64,000 nucleotides of DNA from Tubulanus polymorphus (Eukaryota > Animalia > Nemertea), in assembly GCF_964204645.1 (NCBI RefSeq), contig NC_134027.1, forward strand, positions 24,266,560 through 24,330,559. The letters run 5' to 3'. Position 1 is the stretch's first letter; each line of letters begins with the position of its first letter. A program made the position numbers and the translations under genes. The notes under the pieces were generated by a model. It did no database searches. It was not told the origin of the DNA and worked only from the letters and a program-made list of their open reading frames with translations. Below are positions 60,104-64,000 of the stretch, one piece after another.

Positions 60104-62916
60104 TCACTGATTATGTGGAACAAAGTTTTGAACCAGGTATATAGAGAAAAAGTTTTCTCCGCCGCACATTTCTTCTGCATTTCCTCTGCACGGCTCGTTA
60201 CAATTACTATCGGCTACTAGTAATTCCCAGACTCCGGCACCGCAAACACATTTTGTACCATTGCGAAGTCCAGCAAATCTCATTTCTGAATAATAATAAT
60301 AAAGAAAATAAGCAATATTATCGCTTATAGGGTTTAAGAGCGTATATCAAATATACACTCTTAAAACCAGGGAAGGGATTTTATTTATTTATGTATTTAC
60401 CTCCCTTTTGTGACTTCATTTCCTGACAAGCTCTTTTGCAATTTTCGATATTCAGGTTTTCTATGAACGGCGGCCAACTCTTATTACGTAATCCTGGTTT
60501 TCCAAAACACCCAACGTAGTTCCGACATTGATCTGATGAATGAGAGTTAACAATATGAGTTGATTACTTCCTTTCTACATATATAAATATACATGATATA
60601 CAATTCATTTTGTCATCATTGTTGAACTCAGTTTGTTTCACAAAAATCTACGGTTGCTTCTGATTCATTGAATAATCGAAGAAATAAAAGGTAGATGTTA
60701 GATCCTATAACCGACTCGTCGCGCATGCGCATTGACTTCCTGGACTTAGCTAGAAAACTCATGAAAAGTAACTAAAAATTCTCTACGTGTGCGTAAACAT
60801 AACGATGTTCCACGGCGCTAGTGATGATAGCTTGCCACCCGCTGGTTTTATAACTACATATAGTCTTACCCTAAGCTACCTTACGGTAATAAGCTATAAA
60901 GCCTCACCTAACCCTAACCCTAAAGCCTCACCTTACTCTAAACCTAAACCCTACCCTACCCTAACCCTAAACCTTCTTGATACTAACCCTTCCGATCTTA
61001 CCGATTGAAAAAGCCGTCATTTTGTGTACGGCTCGGTTATAGGATCTAACATTTACCGAAATGAAATCACATTGCCAGTAGTGGAGGCGTCCACGGGACA
61101 ATCGTCTTAACGGCTAAATATCATCATTTGGAAAGCGCCGATAGAAACTTGACGACCGTTATTTACAGTTTTGTGAGCTAAACTTTGACCCCTTGATTGT
61201 AATGAACGAAAGAAAAAGGTTCAACTCACAACTGTGTGACTGATGTCGGTGATACTCACCTGTCCCTTGTGAAGTATTTGTCGAGGTTTCTTCTGCCACA
61301 GTATTCGCTTGTAAAAAGAAAAAAAATCATAGAATTTGACTCCAGCTTTTGTGACAAAATTATTTACAGTCTAAATCGATACAAGATTTACTGAACTGAT
61401 TAGGAAATTACGTGTACTTTCTTTCTCTGATATACACTATACACGAATGAGCGACCGCAAGGGCTGCTATATTTGCTTGGAAAAAAAACATTGTTGAATC
61501 CAAAAATTATCACATCAACACCGCCTGGTAAATCCTCGCTTGCCATTAGCGGGGGAGTCCTTGACACAATCGTCTATCCGACTAAGTGTCATCATTCAGA
61601 AGGCGATAAACAGGAAGACATTGCTTATGTACAGTTTTGAGCATAATTTTCACTCCTCGAAAGAAATCGAATAAACGAAAAGTTAAACTCACAACTGCGT
61701 GACTGATGTCAATGATAAGCCTACTCACCTGTCCCTGCGGATGAAGGAGTTGTCGAAGTTTCAGTCGCCACACCAGTCGTAGCGGTCACTAATAAAAAAA
61801 TAAATCATAGATTTTTACCCAGCATAATTAACGACAGAATTGACTGAAATCGACGTAAGACAAAGTGTGATGAGTACGAAATCAAATCGACATAGAAGTT
61901 AATCTTTCTTCGTTGTTGGCCCGAAGCGAACTAACTAGTCCTGTGTACTCACTTGTTGTTGCTGAGGTATCGTCAGTCGTCTCACTGGTCGTAGCATCCG
62001 CTTGTAAAAAAAGAATTGAATCCAGTTCATATCACGAGATTCATTACCTTCTAACTCACCAGCCTACTCACCTGTCCCTGCGGATGAAGGAGTTGTCGAA
62101 GTTTCAGTCGCCACACCAGTCGTAGCGGTCACTAATAAAAAAATAAATCATAGATTTTTACCCAGCATAATTAACGACAGAATTGACTGAAATCGACGTA
62201 AGACAAAGTGTGATGAGTACGAAATCAAATCGACATAGAAGTTAATCTTTCTTCGTTGTTGGCCCGAAGCGAACTAACTAGTCCTGTGTACTCACTTGTA
62301 GTTGCCGAGGTATCGTCAGTCGTCTCACTGGTCGTAGCATCCACTTGTAAAAAAAGAATTGAATCCAGTTCATATCACGAGATTCATTACCTTCTCATTA
62401 ACTCAATTTACGATGAACTGAATCGATTGACAACTCACTTGTTGCTGCCGGTGAAGCACCGGCCGAGGTATCAGTTTTCAAAGGGGTCTTAGTATCCGCT
62501 TGTTAAAGAAAGAAAAACAGAAATCACAGAGTTGAATCCATGTCACAAAAGGATCGACTTTTTAATCGGCGTAACAGGAAAATCAATACAACATTTTATG
62601 GTCGCTAGCCGCCATTTTGTGAGGTAACGTTGTCACTGCATTGAACGGCGTGAGAGAGACAACTTTAAACTCGTTCTTCTCACTATATACACATCTCGTT
62701 TCTAGTTTTTCTCTCACATCTGACGACGATCTCTAGTGAGAGTCCAAAACGTCGTGTATTTTGATTCCATTCGCTTTAACTTTGTTGGGACCAGTTGTTC
62801 AAAATTCAAATTGGAAATCAAGTACATCGAAATTTACTTATCTCATTCTGCGTGCACGACGTCACGTATGACGTCATCAACAGCAGCATGGTTCCCAGAG
62901 TTATGAAATAATTCAT
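60104..62916 (-). CDS. Secreted protein, 238 aa: signal peptide, Thr/Ser-rich microexon stalk, C-terminal WSC domain
   Basis: Exons 62916-62838 (MNYFITLGTMLLLMTSYVTSCTQNEI), 62498-62439, 62343-62296, 62131-62072, 62000-61953, 61788-61729, 61307-61260, 60532-60401 (YVGCF...NIENCKRAC), 60285-60104 (FAGLRNGTKCVCG...CNEPCRGNAEEMCGG...*). All introns phase 1; 717 nt in frame. Confidence 0.85.
60690..61057. mobile_element. MITE with ggtaRatgttagatcct TIRs and cctaaccctaa core
   Basis: ggtagatgttagatcctataaccga ... tcggttataggatctaacatttacc. Confidence 0.8.
61719..62395. repeat. Near-exact 343-bp tandem duplication carrying two microexons
   Basis: Exons 61788-61729 and 62000-61953 recur 343 bp downstream as 62131-62072 and 62343-62296, with identical intron sequence. 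Confidence 0.92.
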
Positions 62917-63509
62917 CTGAAACGATAGACACATGTATATTTAATCGCTGTAATATATTTGCATTCTTATATGCACCACTTGATGACATGTATATATCTC
63001 GTATTTTGTTTCACTCAGATTTCCTGAAGATGACTATTAGATTATTGCCGAAACGTCGGATGGTAAATGCATGGCTGAAAGGAAACTTTTCGGACTTGAT
63101 CTTCCAACGGATCTACATCAATCTCACGAATGATAAAAATGGACTCCAACCGCAGGAATCCGCGTTTTCGCGGAAGATATTCATCCATGTGTGGGATTAT
63201 CGTTACAACACTCAACCATTTCAATGTGTCTCGGGTGCACTCAGACATTGAATAAACGTATTGAAAATGAGTTCATTTTTGAGCAAATGAAATAGTAAGT
63301 TTTCTACCGAACGCGCATACGACCCTAATTATCAATTGATTACCTTTTACATTTAATTGATTACCTTCTATCAATGAATTAATTACCTTATTTTCTGATA
63401 GTTGCAGAATTTTACTGGATTATTTGCGTCGTTGTGTGAGTTGTCTTCACCAAATGCAATCACTCGAAAAGTAATCACAAATAATGCAAAGAATCACCGA
63501 GTATATATA

Positions 63510-64000
63510 GTGCTGACAAACAGGTGACAGGAGGTAGTCATTGTGTTCGTGAAAAATGCTGAGAGAAACTGTATTTCTGTGAGTTGCAGATTCCAAAGAT
63601 TATTTTCATCATTTTCTAAGGTGTGTGCACCGAATGCACTCGCATTTCAAGCAGTCACACAGAACGTGTTGAATTGCTGAATAAAAATAGCGCTGATAAA
63701 CAGGTGGTAGGAGCTAGTCATTGTGTTCATTGTGAAAAAAACTGTATTTGTGAGAGTTGCAGATCCTACAGATGATTGTAGCGTCATTCTCTAAGGTGTG
63801 TGCACCGAATGCACTCAAGCAGTAACAAAAAATGCGATGAATTGAGATGAATACCGATACTGATAAACAGGTGACGGTAGCTAGTCATTGTGCTTGTGAA
63901 GAATGAGAATAGAACCTGTACAGTTACAGATTTTGCAGATTATGAGCGTCATTTTCTAAGGTGTGTGCACCGAATGCACTCAAGCAGTCACACAACATGT
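63510..64000. repeat. ~170-180-bp tandem repeat, at least 3 copies, running off the window
   Basis: ctgaYaaacaggtg...tagtcattgtgttc...ttctaaggtgtgtgcaccgaatgcactc repeated. Confidence 0.85.

Noticed and set aside
60895-60975. Telomere-like (ccctaa) repeats
   Set aside because: Short, degenerate and internal to a TIR-bounded MITE also present at 47195-47779. Not a telomere.

Overview
AT-rich, intron-containing eukaryotic (invertebrate animal) genomic DNA. A lophotrochozoan, possibly nemertean, source is inference only. Gene models were built by hand from GT-AG splice sites and reading-frame continuity. From left to right the window holds: (1) two tandem paralogues of a secreted Ig-fold protein, the second apparently decapitated of its last exon at a 1.76-kb foldback element; (2) a 125-aa secreted single-WSC-domain protein; (3) an intact hAT-type transposon with a 6-bp target duplication; (4) NATD1, with a GC-AG intron, head-to-head with an 18-exon urocanate hydratase (UROC1); (5) a complete antisense plant-like GT47/exostosin glycosyltransferase nested in the 16.3-kb UROC1 intron 14; (6) MED20 head-to-head with SNRPF; (7) a three-exon prepropeptide whose mature part is an inhibitor-cystine-knot fused to a second 6-Cys ShK-like domain, a toxin candidate and the most notable finding; (8) an intronless condensation/alcohol-acetyltransferase-like pseudogene; and (9) a second WSC protein with a Thr/Ser stalk built from duplicated microexons. 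Intergenic and intronic DNA carries many MITEs, minisatellites, tRNA-derived SINE fragments and fold-back Penelope-like remnants with hammerhead-ribozyme motifs.
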